64,000 nucleotides of DNA from an uncultured beta proteobacterium (GTDB lineage: Bacteria > Pseudomonadota > Gammaproteobacteria > Burkholderiales > Burkholderiaceae_C): NCBI GenBank assembly GCA_903905735.1, contig CAIVHU010000057.1, positions 14,002 to 78,001 of the forward strand, written 5' to 3'. Below the pieces are notes generated by a model, which saw only the letters and a program-made list of their open reading frames with translations, was not told where the DNA came from and ran no database searches. Position 1 is the first letter of the stretch; each line of letters begins with the position of its first letter. This document shows positions 9,182 through 21,400 of the stretch, in pieces. Position numbers and translations under genes: made by a program.

Positions 9182-9442
9182 ATGCAAGCTGTCAAGATGT
9201 ACACCACTGCGGTCTGTCCTTATTGCATCCGCGCCAAACAACTCCTCAAGGCCCGGGGGGTTGAGCAGATTGAAGAAATCCGCATCGACCTGCACCCCCA
9301 GGAGCGAGACCTCATGATGAGCACCACCGGCCGTCGTACCGTGCCGCAGATTTTCATTGGCAGCACCCATGTGGGCGGCTGCGACGATCTGGTGGCGCTC
9401 GATGGGCGCGGCGGGCTGATGCCTTTGCTGCAGCAGGCCTGA
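9182..9442 (+). CDS. grxC: Glutaredoxin 3
   Basis: VKMYTTAVCPYCIRAKQLL (CPYC), TVPQIFIG..HVGGCDDL. Only the last 87 codons of ORF 8909..9442 are taken as real. Confidence 0.9.
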   Translation: MQAVKMYTTAVCPYCIRAKQLLKARGVEQIEEIRIDLHPQERDLMMSTTGRRTVPQIFIGSTHVGGCDDLVALDGRGGLMPLLQQA

Positions 9443-9511
9443 GACAATTCACCCTTTGTGCCTGAGCGCCGTTGGTGCCAGGCGTCGATTTTTATCAACC
9501 AAGAGAACCCC

Positions 9512-9964
9512 ATGGCCGACACTCCCAACCCCGTTTTCCAGATTCAGCGCGTCTATCTCAAAGAAGTGTCTCTGGAGCAACCCAATTCGCCGGCGATTTT
9601 GCTGGAGCCCGAGCAGCCCACGGTGGATATCCAGCTGGGCGTGAACGCCTCGCCAGTGGCCGATGGCATGTTTGAAGTGGTCGTCACGGCCACGGTGCAT
9701 ACCAAGGTCAAGGACAAAACCGTGTTTTTGGTGGAAGCCTCGCAAGCGGGCATTTTCGAGATCCGCAACCTGCCACAAGAGCAGATGGGTCCGATCATGG
9801 GCATTGCCTGCCCTCAAATCGTTTACCCGTATCTGCGCGGCAACGTGGCCGACCTGATTCAGCGTGGCGGCTTTCCGCCGGTGCATCTGTCAGAAATCAA
9901 CTTCCAGGCCATGTACGAGCAGCAGCAGGCCGGACAGTCTGAAGCCGCTCCCGCTGTTCAATAA
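9512..9964 (+). CDS. secB: Protein-export chaperone SecB
   Basis: [19 protein letters not shown] and [33 protein letters not shown] at 9512. Confidence 0.9.
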   Translation: MADTPNPVFQIQRVYLKEVSLEQPNSPAILLEPEQPTVDIQLGVNASPVADGMFEVVVTATVHTKVKDKTVFLVEASQAGIFEIRNLPQEQMGPIMGIACPQIVYPYLRGNVADLIQRGGFPPVHLSEINFQAMYEQQQAGQSEAAPAVQ

Positions 9965-9980
9965 GTTACAAGCTTTTTAG

Positions 9981-10024
9981 GCCTCCAGACCGCGTATATC
10001 CTGCCTCAGAAGCTATGAAAATAA
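9981..10024 (-). repeat. Copy of short AT-rich dispersed repeat, reverse orientation, overlapping the gpsA start codon
   Basis: gcctccagaccgcgtatatcctgcctcagaagctatgaaaataa versus the reverse complement of the reference, gcttctagcccttataaattaagcgctgacagctattt. Confidence 0.5.
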
Positions 10025-11037
10025 TAGTTCTTGGTGCGGGAGCGTGGGGCACGGCTCTGGCCGCCAGTGCGGCGGCGCAGGGCCCGCAGCATCGCGTCAC
10101 CCTGTGGGCACGCGACATGCCCCAGATGCAGGTCATGCGCGAACGTCGCATCAACCAGCGCTACCTGCCCGGCGTTGAGCTGCCCGCCGCGCTGGACTTC
10201 AGTGCCGCGCCTGCGCGGGACATGTCGGGTCTGGTGGCCGGTGCTGAACTAGTGGTGGTGGCTACGCCCATGGCGGCGTTACGCCAGATGTTGACTGCGC
10301 TGCACGGCTGCCGGGTGCCGGTGGCCTGGTTATGCAAAGGCTTTGAAACGCCGATTTCAGAGCCTTTTGGCCTTCTAGCCCATGAAATACAAGGGCAAGT
10401 AGCTCCTGAAATGCTAGCGGGTGCGCTGAGCGGACCGAGTTTCGCGCTGGAGGTGGCACGTGGTCAGCCCACGGCGCTGGTGGCGGCCAGTGCACACGAG
10501 CCGGTGCGTCAGGCGCTGGTGGCGGCGTTTCACAGTTCGGCCTTGCGTGTCTATGCCAACGACGACATCGTCGGCGTGGAGGTCGGTGGCGCGGTGAAAA
10601 ACGTGTTGGCCATCGCCACCGGCCTGTGTGATGGCCTGAACCTGGGCCTGAACGCCCGCGCTGCCCTGATCACCCGTGGCCTGGCCGAGATGACCCGTCT
10701 GGGTGTGGCGCTGGGCGCACGCTCCGAGACCTTCATGGGCTTGAGCGGCCTGGGTGACCTGGTGCTGACCGCCACCGGCGATTTGTCGCGCAACCGGCAG
10801 GTGGGCCTGGCGCTGGCGCAGGGGCAATCGCTTCAGCAGGCCACCCGTGCGCTGGGTCACGTGGCCGAAGGCGTTTACAGCGCGCGCACGGTGGTGCAGC
10901 GTGCAGTCCATCTCGGGGTGGACATGCCGATTGCCCAGGCAGTGCTGGATTTGCTGGATGGTCACATGACGCCGCAGCAGGCTGTGGGCCGCCTGATGGG
11001 CCGCGAGCCCACCGCCGAGCTGGCCGCTGCGGCCTGA
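10015..11037 (+). CDS. gpsA: NAD(P)H-dependent glycerol-3-phosphate dehydrogenase
   Basis: [34 protein letters not shown], and [17 protein letters not shown], collinear with E. coli GpsA. Confidence 0.95.
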   Translation: MKIIVLGAGAWGTALAASAAAQGPQHRVTLWARDMPQMQVMRERRINQRYLPGVELPAALDFSAAPARDMSGLVAGAELVVVATPMAALRQMLTALHGCRVPVAWLCKGFETPISEPFGLLAHEIQGQVAPEMLAGALSGPSFALEVARGQPTALVAASAHEPVRQALVAAFHSSALRVYANDDIVGVEVGGAVKNVLAIATGLCDGLNLGLNARAALITRGLAEMTRLGVALGARSETFMGLSGLGDLVLTATGDLSRNRQVGLALAQGQSLQQATRALGHVAEGVYSARTVVQRAVHLGVDMPIAQAVLDLLDGHMTPQQAVGRLMGREPTAELAAAA

Positions 11038-11059
11038 ATCAAAAAAAAGGGAGAAACAC

Positions 11060-11938
11060 ATGAGCACTTACTTTGACTTTTCCCACAAGGCCGTTGCCGC
11101 GCTGGCACAAGCCGATGTCACCCGCGCCTTGCTTGAAGACGTGGGCGAGGCCGATCTGACCGCTGGTCTGGTGGACCCGGCGGTTCGTGCCTGCGCCACC
11201 GTGGTGGCGCGAGAGGCTGCCGTGATTTGTGGCGCCCCCTGGGCCGAGCTGGCTTTCAAACAGATTGATCCCACCGCCGAGCTCACCTGGCACATCCCCG
11301 AGGGGCATCGCAGCGAGGCCGACCAGGTGGTGCTGGAGGTGCACGGTCAGGCCCGTGCGCTGCTCACAGCCGAGCGCACGGCGCTCAATTTTTTGCAACT
11401 CATGAGCGCCGTGGCCACCAAAACCGCCACCTTTGTACAGGCCGTGCGCGAGGTACCGGGCGCGCGCACCCGCATCGTCGATACCCGCAAAACCCTGCCG
11501 GGCCTGCGTCTGGCGCAGAAATACGCGGTGCATGTCGGCGGCGGGCTGAATCACCGACTGGGCTTGTATGACGCGGTGCTGATCAAGGAAAACCACATCG
11601 CTGCGGCCGGTGGCGTCAAGGCTGTGCTGGCGCGTGCTGCCGAGGTGGCCCCACACGCCAAGTTCATCGAGATTGAGGTGGAAACGCTGGAGCAGCTCCA
11701 GGAGTCGCTCGAAGCCGGCGCCACCATGATTTTGCTCGACAACATGGGCCTGATGCATCTGCACGAAGCAGTGCGCATCACCGCCGGGCGCGCGGTGCTG
11801 GAAGTGTCGGGCGGGGTGAACCTGTCAAGCGTCTGCGCGATTGCCTCCACCGGTGTGGATCGCATCTCGATCGGGGCGCTGACGAAAAACGTCAAAGCGG
11901 TCGATTTTTCGATGCGATTCGCCAATGACCCGCTCTGA
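11060..11938 (+). CDS. nadC: Nicotinate-nucleotide pyrophosphorylase (quinolinate phosphoribosyltransferase)
   Basis: [48 protein letters not shown]. Confidence 0.9.
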   Translation: MSTYFDFSHKAVAALAQADVTRALLEDVGEADLTAGLVDPAVRACATVVAREAAVICGAPWAELAFKQIDPTAELTWHIPEGHRSEADQVVLEVHGQARALLTAERTALNFLQLMSAVATKTATFVQAVREVPGARTRIVDTRKTLPGLRLAQKYAVHVGGGLNHRLGLYDAVLIKENHIAAAGGVKAVLARAAEVAPHAKFIEIEVETLEQLQESLEAGATMILLDNMGLMHLHEAVRITAGRAVLEVSGGVNLSSVCAIASTGVDRISIGALTKNVKAVDFSMRFANDPL

Positions 11939-11979
11939 TTTCGTGTAGTTTGCTATTGAATTTGATGGATGGAGGCCGC

Positions 11980-13113
11980 ATGACCGATACCCCACTCGCT
12001 CTGAAAGAGGTGGATTACGAGCAGCCGAAAAGTGAGCTGGAAGGTGGCTCCGTCTGTGCCACCAAGCACGCCTGGGCGCGGGTGCCGGTCGAACCCAGTG
12101 CGTCTGAGCGCGCTGCTCTGAAGGACAAAATCCGCCGCCTACTCAAAGAAAAAAACGCGGTGATGGTGTCGCACTATTACGTGCACCCGGACCTGCAGGA
12201 CCTGGCCGAGGAAACCGGCGGGCTGGTCAGCGACTCGCTGGAGATGGCGCGTTTTGGCCGCGACCACGCTGCCACCACGCTGGTGGTGTCGGGCGTGCGC
12301 TTCATGGGAGAAACCTCCAAAATCCTCTCGCCCGAAAAGCGTGTCCTGATGCCCGACCTGGACGCCACCTGTTCGCTCGATCTGGGCTGCCCGGTGGACG
12401 AGTTTTCAGCCTTTTGTGACGCGCACCCGGACCGCACGGTGGTCGTCTATGCCAATACCAGCGCGGCGGTCAAGGCACGCTCGGACTGGCTGGTGACTTC
12501 CAGCTGCGCGCTGGACATCGTCAAAGCGCTCAAAGACCAGGGCAAAAAGATTTTGTGGGCACCGGATCGGCATCTGGGCGGTTACATCCAGCGTGAGACC
12601 GGTGCCGATATGGTGATGTGGGGCGGCTCGTGCATCGTGCATGACGAGTTCAAGGCGTTTGAACTGCAGGACCTGTTGCATGAGCACCCCGGTGCCAAAG
12701 TGCTGGTGCACCCTGAGTCACCCGCTGCCGTGGTGGCACTGGCCGATGCGGTGGGCTCTACCTCCGGAATCCTGAAGGCAGCCCACGAGATGCATGCCAG
12801 GGAATTCATCGTCGCCACCGACAACGGCATGATGCACAAGTTGCGCACGCTGAACCCCGGCAAAACCTTCATCGAAGCGCCGACCGCCGGTAACAGCGCC
12901 ACCTGCAAGAGCTGCGCGCACTGCCCTTGGATGGCCATGAACGGCTTGGCCGACGTGGCCCGCGTGCTCGAAACCGGTGCCAACGAGGTCCACGTGGACC
13001 CGGCGCTGGGACTGCGCGCCCGGCTGCCCATTGACCGCATGCTGGCCTTCACCGCGGCGCTAAAGCAGGGGCCAGTGCCTGGAAGCCTGGTAGCCCATAT
13101 CGGTGCTGCCTGA
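11980..13113 (+). CDS. nadA: Quinolinate synthase
   Basis: [25 protein letters not shown], the three Fe-S cysteine regions ([24 protein letters not shown]). ATG at 11980 is preceded by ggagg. Confidence 0.9.
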   Translation: MTDTPLALKEVDYEQPKSELEGGSVCATKHAWARVPVEPSASERAALKDKIRRLLKEKNAVMVSHYYVHPDLQDLAEETGGLVSDSLEMARFGRDHAATTLVVSGVRFMGETSKILSPEKRVLMPDLDATCSLDLGCPVDEFSAFCDAHPDRTVVVYANTSAAVKARSDWLVTSSCALDIVKALKDQGKKILWAPDRHLGGYIQRETGADMVMWGGSCIVHDEFKAFELQDLLHEHPGAKVLVHPESPAAVVALADAVGSTSGILKAAHEMHAREFIVATDNGMMHKLRTLNPGKTFIEAPTAGNSATCKSCAHCPWMAMNGLADVARVLETGANEVHVDPALGLRARLPIDRMLAFTAALKQGPVPGSLVAHIGAA

Positions 13114-13154
13114 GCTGCTATTAAATTTATACTGATTGCCGCCATTGATCGGCC

Positions 13155-13409
13155 ATGAACATGAACGACGCCACCTCTCGCCCCGAATTGCCCGACCACT
13201 TGTCCATCGACGCGCGCAGCCCGTTTTACAACGCGGCTGTATTTGCGCATGACATCGGCATCCGCCTCAATGACCGGGAGCGCACCGATGTCGAGGAGTA
13301 TTGCATCAGCGCAGGCTGGGTCAAAGTGCCCGCAGGCAAAACCCGCGACCGACACGGCAAGCCGCTGCTGATCAAGGTCAAGGGCAAGGTTGAGGCCTTT
13401 TACCTTTAA
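13155..13409 (+). CDS. DUF3297-like small protein
   Basis: 84 aa with PDHLSIDARSPFYN....DVEEYCISAGWVKV, which I recognise as the DUF3297 family pattern. Confidence 0.6.
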   Translation: MNMNDATSRPELPDHLSIDARSPFYNAAVFAHDIGIRLNDRERTDVEEYCISAGWVKVPAGKTRDRHGKPLLIKVKGKVEAFYL

Positions 13410-13426
13410 GGGGCAGCCCACCTGCC

Positions 13427-14182
13427 TCAGTAAAGCGTTTCAACCGACGCTTTGAAGATGTAGCCAGCCCCGCGTTCTGTCACGATCAACTGGGGGTGCG
13501 CCGGGTCAGGTTCAATTTTTCGGCGCAGACGCAGGATTTGAACGTCGATGGTGCGGTCATACACCTCGGCGTTGTGCAGACGTGAGAGGTTCATCAACTG
13601 ATCGCGGGTAAGCACACGTTGCGGTGCGCTGCAAAAAGCGCTCAGCAGACTGAACTCGCCATTGCTCAGGTCCATTTTGCGGGCATCTGGCGTGACCAGC
13701 TTGCGCGTACGCAGGTTGAACTCCCAGCCTGCAAAACGAAACGCACGACGTTTGTTGTCCGGGGCGGCAAGCACCATCTGGGACTGGTAGCGTCGAAGCA
13801 CGGCACGGATGCGAGCCAGCAATTCACGCGGACTGAAGGGCTTGGTGACATAGTCATCGGCACCAAATTCCAGCCCCATGACACGGTCGGCTTCCTCGGA
13901 TTTTCCCGTCAGCAGAACGATCGGTACGCTCGCCCGCGCACGCAATTCCCGGGCCAATTGCATGCCGTCCTCGCCAGGCAGGCGCAGGTCCAGCAGCACC
14001 AGGTCAATCGCTTCACGGTCAAACACCTCCTGCATCAGGCTGCCGCTGGCCACCGCAGTCACCCGCATGTCGGCTTGTTCAAGGTACTCCTGCAATAGCT
14101 GGCGCAGCGCCGGGTCGTCATCCACGACCAGAATGTGGGCGCAATTTGGGGAGTCTTCAAGGGTCATGGGGTGGGATGTCAT
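13427..14182 (-). CDS. OmpR/PhoB-family response regulator
   Basis: REC domain (ILVVDDDPALR, DLVLLDLRLPGEDG, LLTGK) followed by a winged-helix (LSNGEFSLL, RTIDVQILRLRRKIE, TERGAGY). The ORF-track 5' extension to 14551 is Pro/Arg-rich GC artefact. ATG at 14182 follows agagg; 14167 is an alternative. Confidence 0.85.
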   Translation of the reverse strand: MTSHPMTLEDSPNCAHILVVDDDPALRQLLQEYLEQADMRVTAVASGSLMQEVFDREAIDLVLLDLRLPGEDGMQLARELRARASVPIVLLTGKSEEADRVMGLEFGADDYVTKPFSPRELLARIRAVLRRYQSQMVLAAPDNKRRAFRFAGWEFNLRTRKLVTPDARKMDLSNGEFSLLSAFCSAPQRVLTRDQLMNLSRLHNAEVYDRTIDVQILRLRRKIEPDPAHPQLIVTERGAGYIFKASVETLY

Positions 14183-14223
14183 TCTGGTGTAGCCTCTTGG
14201 AAAAGACTGTAGTGCATTTTCAG

Positions 14224-16839
14224 ATGATTGAACCCGATAACCGTCCAGATACCCCACCGGGCCATCGCGATTTGACGCGCTGGTACGACCTGCTACGCCA
14301 GCGTGAGGTGTTGACGGTGGTGCTGGTGGAACTCCTGATGGCCGCGCTGGTGACCTATGGGTTGTGGGATTTGCGGCGTCAGACGCTGCAGAGTGAGTTG
14401 CACACGCTGGGTTCGCTGTCTGCCGCGATGGCTGCCCAGGCCGATAGCACGCTGGAGGTCGCCGATGCGGTGTTGCGCGCGACCCGTGCGGAGTTGGGTA
14501 CCGGCCTGTTATCCGTGGATGAAAGCGACGCTCACGCCCTGCTGGTGGCACGGGCGGCCGCGTTGCCGCAGTTTCGTTCGCTGACTATTCTGGATGATCA
14601 GGGTCTGAGGGTTGCCAGTTCCCGCAATGAGCAGGGCGCAGCGCGCTCTCTGGCGCAACGTGATTTTTTTGTGAAAGCTCGCGCACTCGATGGCACAGCC
14701 ATTTTTGTTGGCAGTCCGTTCGTGCGCAAGTCTGACGGTCAGGCCTCAATCGGTGTGGCGATCGACTGGCGCAACCCGATGGGTGAATTTGGCGGGGTGG
14801 TCACACTGGTGGCTGACCCGGAATTTCTGGACGGTGATTTTTTGCGCATTGCGCCCACGCCCGACGCCCACATGGCGATTTACCGCAGGGACCGGCAGCT
14901 GGTGTCGGACGGACCTGGCCAAAACGCCAACCAACTGCTGCCAGCCGAGGTTCTGGCCAGCCTGTGGACGCCCACCGCCGTGGCCAGTCCCAGGCAAGTG
15001 GCGCTGCCCGATGGGCGCCAGCGGCTGGTGGCTCTGCAGCCGCTCCAGCACTTTGATCTGGTGGTTTTGATCATGCGTGATGTCACCGCTGTTCTGACCG
15101 AATGGACACGGCAGGCCTGGCTGGTGGGATCCTTCTCTGTGTCGGCCTTGCTGATCACTTTTTTGCTGACCTTGCGACACGCCAGGGAAAAAACCCTGCG
15201 CCACGCGTCGCAGGCTGAGTTGGCGGCTGAAAAGGAACGGGCGGTGCGTGCGTTTCAGGCAGCGCAAGAAGGTTATTGGGAGTGGAATCCGGCGCAGCGG
15301 GAAAGCCACATGTCGCCACGCATGCGTGAATTGCTGGGGCTGGAGCGCGGTGCCGAACAGTTGGATCAGCCCGGACTGCTGGCCCAGGGGCACGTTCATC
15401 CGGATGATCTGGCACCGCTGGGGGCCGCATTTCTGGCGCATGAGGAAGGTCGGGCGGCCTATTTTGATGTCACGTTTCGTGTGCGCCAGGCCGACGGCCA
15501 ATGGCACCACGTGCGCACCCGTGGCCAGGCCCGGCGCGACGATCAGGGAAGGGTGCTACTTTTTACCGGCACGGGCGCCGATGTCACGGCCGAGGTCCAG
15601 GCGCAAAGCCAGACCCGGTCGCTGGAAGACCAGTTGCACAACGCCCGCAAACTTGAAGCCGTGGGAACCCTGGCGGGTGCCATCGCGCACGATTTCAACA
15701 ACATCCTGGCAGCGGTTCAGGGCTATGGCGAACTGGCTGCGGATGTGGCAGAACCGGGTTCACAGCAGGCGCACTGGATTGCCCAGATGGTGCGCGGCGG
15801 AGAGCGCGGCAAGGCGCTCGTCAAACGCATTCTGGCCTTCAGCCAGCCTGTCAGCCGTCCGCATGCGGTTTTCAGGCTGGCGCCGGTGATCCATGAAATG
15901 CTGGACCTGCTGATGGCGTCGGTGCCCGCCCATGTCCAACTTCTGCGCTCAATGGACGGGGTGGAGGCGCTGGTTCGAGGTGACAGCACCCAGGTGTACG
16001 AGGCGGTCATGAACCTGTGCACCAATGCCATCCTCGCCATGCCCCAAGGCGGCACGCTGGGGGTTGCCTTGACCGAGCGCCATCTGGCCGAACCGCTGCT
16101 GCTGTCTGACACGACCCTGAATCCAGGCCACTATGTCTGTTTGACCGTCACCGATACCGGGCATGGCATGACGCCGCAGGTGAAGTCGCGTCTGTTTGAG
16201 CCCTTTTTTACCACCCGTGGCCCGCAGCTCGGCACGGGTTTGGGGCTGACGGTGGTGCGCAGCGTGATGGTGGACATGGAGGGCGCTGTCGATGTCCAGA
16301 GCACACCCGGTGAGGGATCATGTTTCACCCTGTATTTTCCTTGGGTGGATGCCACACTGTCCGAGACTGGGCTGCAGCGGACCGAGCCCATTCTTGACGG
16401 TAGCGGACAGACCATTTTGGTTGTGGACGATGAGCAAGCGCTGGTGGAACTGGCCGAAGACCTGCTGGCCGGGTTGGGTTATGAAGCGGTCGGGATTGGA
16501 TCTGCCACGTTGGCGCTGCAGGAGTTCAGTGCCAATCCGCAGCGCTTTGATGCCTTGATCACGGACGAACGGATGCCGGATATGAGTGGCTGCGAACTGG
16601 CACTGGCGGTTCGCGCGCTTCAACCGGGTTTGCCGGTGGTGCTGGCAAGCGGTTATGGCGGTGCCCAGTTGCAGGAGCGTGCCATTGCGGCGGGTATTGG
16701 CGTGATTGTGAACAAACCCATGACACGTGCCGAATTGGCCGCGGCCCTGTTCAGTGCGCTGGCGCAGGTGACCGAGCAGGTGGCAGCGCCTCAGGTTACA
16801 TCTGAAATGCCGCATCCCGCAAACATCCCCAAGGTGTAA
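14224..16839 (+). CDS. Hybrid sensor histidine kinase (2 TM + periplasmic sensor, PAS, HisKA, HATPase, C-terminal REC)
   Basis: TM helices flank a ~270 aa periplasmic region. PAS-like EGYWEWNP. H-box IAHDFNNIL, N/G boxes (NLCTNAI, DTGHGM, GTGLGL), and REC (ILVVDDE..ITDERMPDMSG). Confidence 0.85.
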   Translation: MIEPDNRPDTPPGHRDLTRWYDLLRQREVLTVVLVELLMAALVTYGLWDLRRQTLQSELHTLGSLSAAMAAQADSTLEVADAVLRATRAELGTGLLSVDESDAHALLVARAAALPQFRSLTILDDQGLRVASSRNEQGAARSLAQRDFFVKARALDGTAIFVGSPFVRKSDGQASIGVAIDWRNPMGEFGGVVTLVADPEFLDGDFLRIAPTPDAHMAIYRRDRQLVSDGPGQNANQLLPAEVLASLWTPTAVASPRQVALPDGRQRLVALQPLQHFDLVVLIMRDVTAVLTEWTRQAWLVGSFSVSALLITFLLTLRHAREKTLRHASQAELAAEKERAVRAFQAAQEGYWEWNPAQRESHMSPRMRELLGLERGAEQLDQPGLLAQGHVHPDDLAPLGAAFLAHEEGRAAYFDVTFRVRQADGQWHHVRTRGQARRDDQGRVLLFTGTGADVTAEVQAQSQTRSLEDQLHNARKLEAVGTLAGAIAHDFNNILAAVQGYGELAADVAEPGSQQAHWIAQMVRGGERGKALVKRILAFSQPVSRPHAVFRLAPVIHEMLDLLMASVPAHVQLLRSMDGVEALVRGDSTQVYEAVMNLCTNAILAMPQGGTLGVALTERHLAEPLLLSDTTLNPGHYVCLTVTDTGHGMTPQVKSRLFEPFFTTRGPQLGTGLGLTVVRSVMVDMEGAVDVQSTPGEGSCFTLYFPWVDATLSETGLQRTEPILDGSGQTILVVDDEQALVELAEDLLAGLGYEAVGIGSATLALQEFSANPQRFDALITDERMPDMSGCELALAVRALQPGLPVVLASGYGGAQLQERAIAAGIGVIVNKPMTRAELAAALFSALAQVTEQVAAPQVTSEMPHPANIPKV

Positions 16840-16885
16840 CAAAGGTATGTAACAGTGCGCCATGGACAGGTTGTTACAGCAAAAG

Positions 16886-16935
16886 ATAGCTACATTAGTT
16901 GTAGCTATTAGCGCAATGCCAACAAGGGCTGAGGG
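16886..16935 (+). repeat. Long copy of short AT-rich dispersed repeat with upstream hairpin arm
   Basis: atagctacattagttgtagctattagcgcaatgccaacaagggctgagggg. AGCTAC (16888-16893) and GTAGCT (16901-16906) form an inverted repeat. Confidence 0.7.
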
Positions 16936-17014
16936 GTGATTTTAAGGTCAATGATGCGTGAATGCCAGTGTGACCGCTTTGACCAGCCAACTGCAGATAC
17001 AAAGTACTCGTTCC

Positions 17015-18409
17015 ATGACACAACAAGCTGATACCACTGGTTCCGTGCCCAGCCACCGATCACCCACAACCGGCAAGCGCCGAAAATGGCTGTGGCTGTT
17101 GTTGCTGGTTGGAGTCGCCGCCGGTGCGGCCTATGGGTGGCGGCATCATCAAGCGGCCTCGACTGCCGGCGAGGGTGCGACACGCTCAGGCCGATTCATG
17201 GGTGCGGCGGCGCAACCCGTTTCTGTTCAAGCGGTGCAACAGCGCGACGTGCGCGTGCTGGTCAACGCCATCGGCAGCATTGCGGCAGCCAACACGGCCG
17301 TGGTGCATACCCAGGTGGATGGTGTCTTGCAGGCACTGCATTTCAAGGAAGGCCAGCCAGTGCGAGCCGGGCAAGGCTTGGCACAAATCGACCCGCAGCC
17401 TTTTCAGATTGCATTGGTGCAGGCGCAGGGTGCGCTAACCCGCGACCAGGCGCTGCTGCGCAATGCCCAGCTTGACCTCAAGCGCTATCGCGATTTGTTG
17501 GCCAAGGACGCCGCGCCAGCGCAGCAGGTGGATACGCAAGAGGCCTTGGTGCAGCAACTTCAGGGCACGGTGCTGGCCGACCAGGCCGGCGTGGACAACG
17601 CCAAACTGCAACTGTCCTATACCCACGTGGTGGCGCCGATCTCTGGATTGGCCGGGCTCAAACAAGCCGATCTGGGTAACAACGTGCATGCATCGGATAC
17701 CAACGGTTTGGTGAGTATCACGCAGACACAACCGGTGAACGTGGTTTTTGCCGTGCCGGAAAGTCGTTTGCCGCGCATCCGTCAGCAGCTCCAGGCACAG
17801 GCCAAGCTGCGGGTCGAGGCGTGGGATCAGGACCAGAAGACGCTGTTGGCGGTGGGTCAGGTGGCCAGTACCGACAACGCCATTGACCCGACCACCGGCA
17901 CGATCCGCATCAAGGCCATGTTCCCCAACAAGGACAACAGCCTGTTCCCCAACCAATTTGTCAATGTGAAATTGCAGCTGGACACCTTGTCCGCAGCATT
18001 GGCGGTGTCGAGCGCGGCGGTGCAGCGCGGGGCACCAGGCACCTTCGTGTATGTGGTGGACAATGACTCTGTGGTCAGCCTGCGCAAAGTCACTGTGGGG
18101 TCAACTGACGGTGACTGGACGGCTGTGCAAGGTGACCTGAAGGCTGGCGAGCGCGTGGTGGTGGATGGTGCTGACCGACTTCGCGACGGTGCCAAGGTGC
18201 AGGTCATTGAGGCGACCAAGCAGACGCCTGGGGACGCCAAGGCTATCGCGCACAAGCACGGTGCCAGTGCGGCGCAAGGTGCTGCGTCTGCTGGTGAGCG
18301 TCCACGCTGGATGGACCACGTTCCACCCGAAATGCAGGACAAACTCAAGGCCATGAGCCCGGAGGATCGCAAAGCCTGGTTCCAGAAGCAGCGCAGTCAA
18401 GCCAATTGA
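17015..18409 (+). CDS. mdtA: RND efflux periplasmic adaptor (MdtA-like, HlyD family)
   Basis: N-terminal TM anchor, coiled-coil and lipoyl regions ([20 protein letters not shown]), and position directly upstream of two RND pumps. Start uncertain (GTG at 16958 is an alternative). Confidence 0.8.
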   Translation: MTQQADTTGSVPSHRSPTTGKRRKWLWLLLLVGVAAGAAYGWRHHQAASTAGEGATRSGRFMGAAAQPVSVQAVQQRDVRVLVNAIGSIAAANTAVVHTQVDGVLQALHFKEGQPVRAGQGLAQIDPQPFQIALVQAQGALTRDQALLRNAQLDLKRYRDLLAKDAAPAQQVDTQEALVQQLQGTVLADQAGVDNAKLQLSYTHVVAPISGLAGLKQADLGNNVHASDTNGLVSITQTQPVNVVFAVPESRLPRIRQQLQAQAKLRVEAWDQDQKTLLAVGQVASTDNAIDPTTGTIRIKAMFPNKDNSLFPNQFVNVKLQLDTLSAALAVSSAAVQRGAPGTFVYVVDNDSVVSLRKVTVGSTDGDWTAVQGDLKAGERVVVDGADRLRDGAKVQVIEATKQTPGDAKAIAHKHGASAAQGAASAGERPRWMDHVPPEMQDKLKAMSPEDRKAWFQKQRSQAN

Positions 18410-18422
18410 CCGGCCCACGCTG

Positions 18423-21400
18423 ATGAACCCGTCACGTCTTTTCATTGAGCGTCCGGTGGCGACCTCGCTGCTGATGCTGGCCATCTTTCTGGCTGGTTTG
18501 CTGGCCTATCGCCTGCTGCCCATTGCCGCATTGCCGGAGGTGGACTACCCGACGATTCAGGTCACCACCCTGTACCCCGGAGCCAGTCCTGATGTCATGA
18601 CCTCGTCGGTGACCGCACCGCTGGAGCGCCAGTTTGGCCAGATGCCGGGCTTGGCGCAGATGTCGTCCAGCAGTTCGGGTGGTGCGTCGGTGATCACTTT
18701 GCGTTTTGAGTTGAGCCTGTCGCTGGATGTGGCTGAACAGGAGGTGCAGGCCGCCATCAACGCTGGCAGCAACCTGTTACCCAGTGACTTGCCCATGCCA
18801 CCGGTGTACAGCAAGGTCAACCCGGCCGATGCGCCGATCATGACCATTGCCGTGACCTCGCCGACGCTGCCGGTGATCCGCGTGCATGACCTGGTGGAAA
18901 GCCGCCTGGCGCAGAAGATTTCACAAGTGCCTGGTGTCGGGCTGGTCAGCATCGCCGGTGGGCGCCGACCTGCGGTGCGCATCCAGGCCAACCCCACAGC
19001 GCTGGCGGCACTGGGCATGTCGCTCGATGATGTGCGCAGTGCCATCGGTGCGGCCAATGTGAACCAGGCCAAGGGCAGTTTTGACGGGCCGCAACGGGCC
19101 TCCACCATCGACGCCAACGACCAACTCAAGAGTGCCAGCGAATACGCCGGCCTGGTGATTGCCTACAAGAATGGCAACCCGGTGCGCCTGCAGGACGTGG
19201 CGCAGTTGGTGGATGACGCCGAAAACCTTCGGCTGGCAGCCTGGGCCGACACCACGCCGGCTGTGATCCTGAATGTCCAGCGCCAGCCCGGTGCCAACGT
19301 GATTGACACCGTGGACAAGGTCAAGGCGGTGTTGCCAGCGCTGCAGGCGTCGCTGCCTTCATCCATCGACGTGCGGGTCCTCAATGACCGCACCACCACC
19401 ATCCGCGCGTCGGTGGATGACGTCGAGGTTGAGCTATTGCTGGCCATCGCCCTGGTGGTGGCGGTGATCTTTGTTTTCCTGCGCAGCGTACCCGCCACGG
19501 TGATTCCGGCTGTGGCGGTACCGTTGTCGCTGGTGGGCACGTTCGGTGTCATGTACCTAGCCGGCTTCTCCATCAACAACCTGACCCTGATGGCGCTGGT
19601 GATCTCCACCGGTTTTGTGGTGGACGATGCTATCGTCATGATCGAAAACATCTCGCGTTTTGTGGAGCAGGGCGACACCCCCATGGAGGCTGCGCTCAAA
19701 GGCTCCAAGCAGATTGGTTTCACCATCATTTCGCTCACCGTCTCGCTGATCGCGGTGCTGATACCGCTGCTCTTCATGGGTGACGTGGTGGGCAGGTTGT
19801 TTCACGAATTCGCCATCACGCTGGCGGTGTCGATCCTGATCTCGGCGCTGGTTTCGCTCACGCTCACGCCGATGATGTGCGCGCGCGTGCTGCGCCATGA
19901 AACCGAGGACAGCCATGGCCGCCTGTGGCGCGCCGTGGGCCACGCGTTCGAGCGCACCATTGCCGCCTATGGCCGCGCGCTGGACTGGGTGCTCGACCGC
20001 AAAACCGCCACCTTGATGGTCTTCGTCTTGACGCTGGCGCTGACTGCCGGGTTGTACACGATCGTGCCCAAAGGCTTCTTCCCGGTGCAGGACACCGGAG
20101 CGATCCAGGCCATCACAGAGGCTTCTCAGTCCACCTCGTTTGCCGCCATGGCGCAGCATCAGCAGGAGATGGCAGCGTTGATTCTGAAAGACCCGGCGGT
20201 GGACAGTGTGTCGTCCTTCATCGGTGTCGATGGTGCCAACGCCACCCTGAACGCCGGGCGTATGCTGATCTCGCTCAAGCCTTTGCGTGAACGTGGCCTG
20301 TCTGCCACCGAAGTGGCGCGCCGCATCGACCCGAGCACCCGCAACGTGCCCGGCATGGCGCTTTACATGCAGCCCGTGCAGGACCTGAGCATCGAAGACC
20401 GCATTTCCAAAACGCAGTACCAGTTCACGCTGAGCTCACCCGATATCGCCGAACTGTCACGCTCGACCACCGCGCTGCTGGACAAGTTGCGTCAACTGCC
20501 ACAACTCAGTGATGTGACGAGCGACCAGCAGGAGCAGGGCCTGCAGGCCTACATCAATATTGATCGGAATGAAACTGGACGCCTGGGCGTTTCGGTGGCG
20601 GCCATTGACAGCGCCTTGTACGACGCATTTGGTCAGCGTCTGATTTCCACCATCTTTACCCAGAGCAACCAGTACCGGGTGGTGCTGGAAGTGACGCCGT
20701 CGCTGAAGATCGGACCGGCTGCGCTGGCCAGCATCTATGTGCCAGGCACCAACAATGTGCAGGTGCCTCTGACATCTGTGGCGCATGTACAGGTACGTAC
20801 CGCACCTTTGGCCGTGAACCATGTGGCGCAGTTCCCTGCGGCCACCATCTCCTTCAATCTGGCACCCGCTGCCTCCTTGGGCGCAGCGGTGGATGCCATC
20901 AAGGCGGAAGAAGCGGCCCTGAAGCTGCCGCTGAGCGTGGAGACAAGCTTCCAGGGCGCGGCGCTGGCGTTCCAGGCCTCTTTGAGCAGTACGCTGCTGC
21001 TCATCGTGGCGGCCATCATCACCATGTACATCGTGCTGGGCGTGCTGTATGAAAGCTATATCCATCCGCTGACGATCCTGTCCACCTTGCCATCGGCGGG
21101 TGTCGGTGCGTTGCTGGCGCTGCTGGCGTTCCGGCTGGATCTGGGCATCATTGCCATCATCGGCATCGTGCTGCTGATCGGCATCGTTAAGAAAAACGCC
21201 ATCATGATGATCGACTTTGCGCTGGATGCCCAGCGCGACGAAGGCTTGTCTCCCCGCGCAGCTATCCACCAGGCGTGTCTGTTGCGTTTCCGGCCCATCC
21301 TGATGACCACCATGGCGGCCTTGCTGGGTGCGCTGCCGCTGATGCTGGGCACGGGCGTGGGCAGTGAACTGCGCCACCCGCTGGGTGTGGTGATGGTCGG

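Noticed and set aside
14183-14551. N-terminal 123-codon extension of the response-regulator ORF (Pro/Arg/Thr-rich)
   Set aside because: The receiver domain begins right after the internal ATG at 14182/14167. The extension would overlap the divergent kinase gene and has no coding-like composition.
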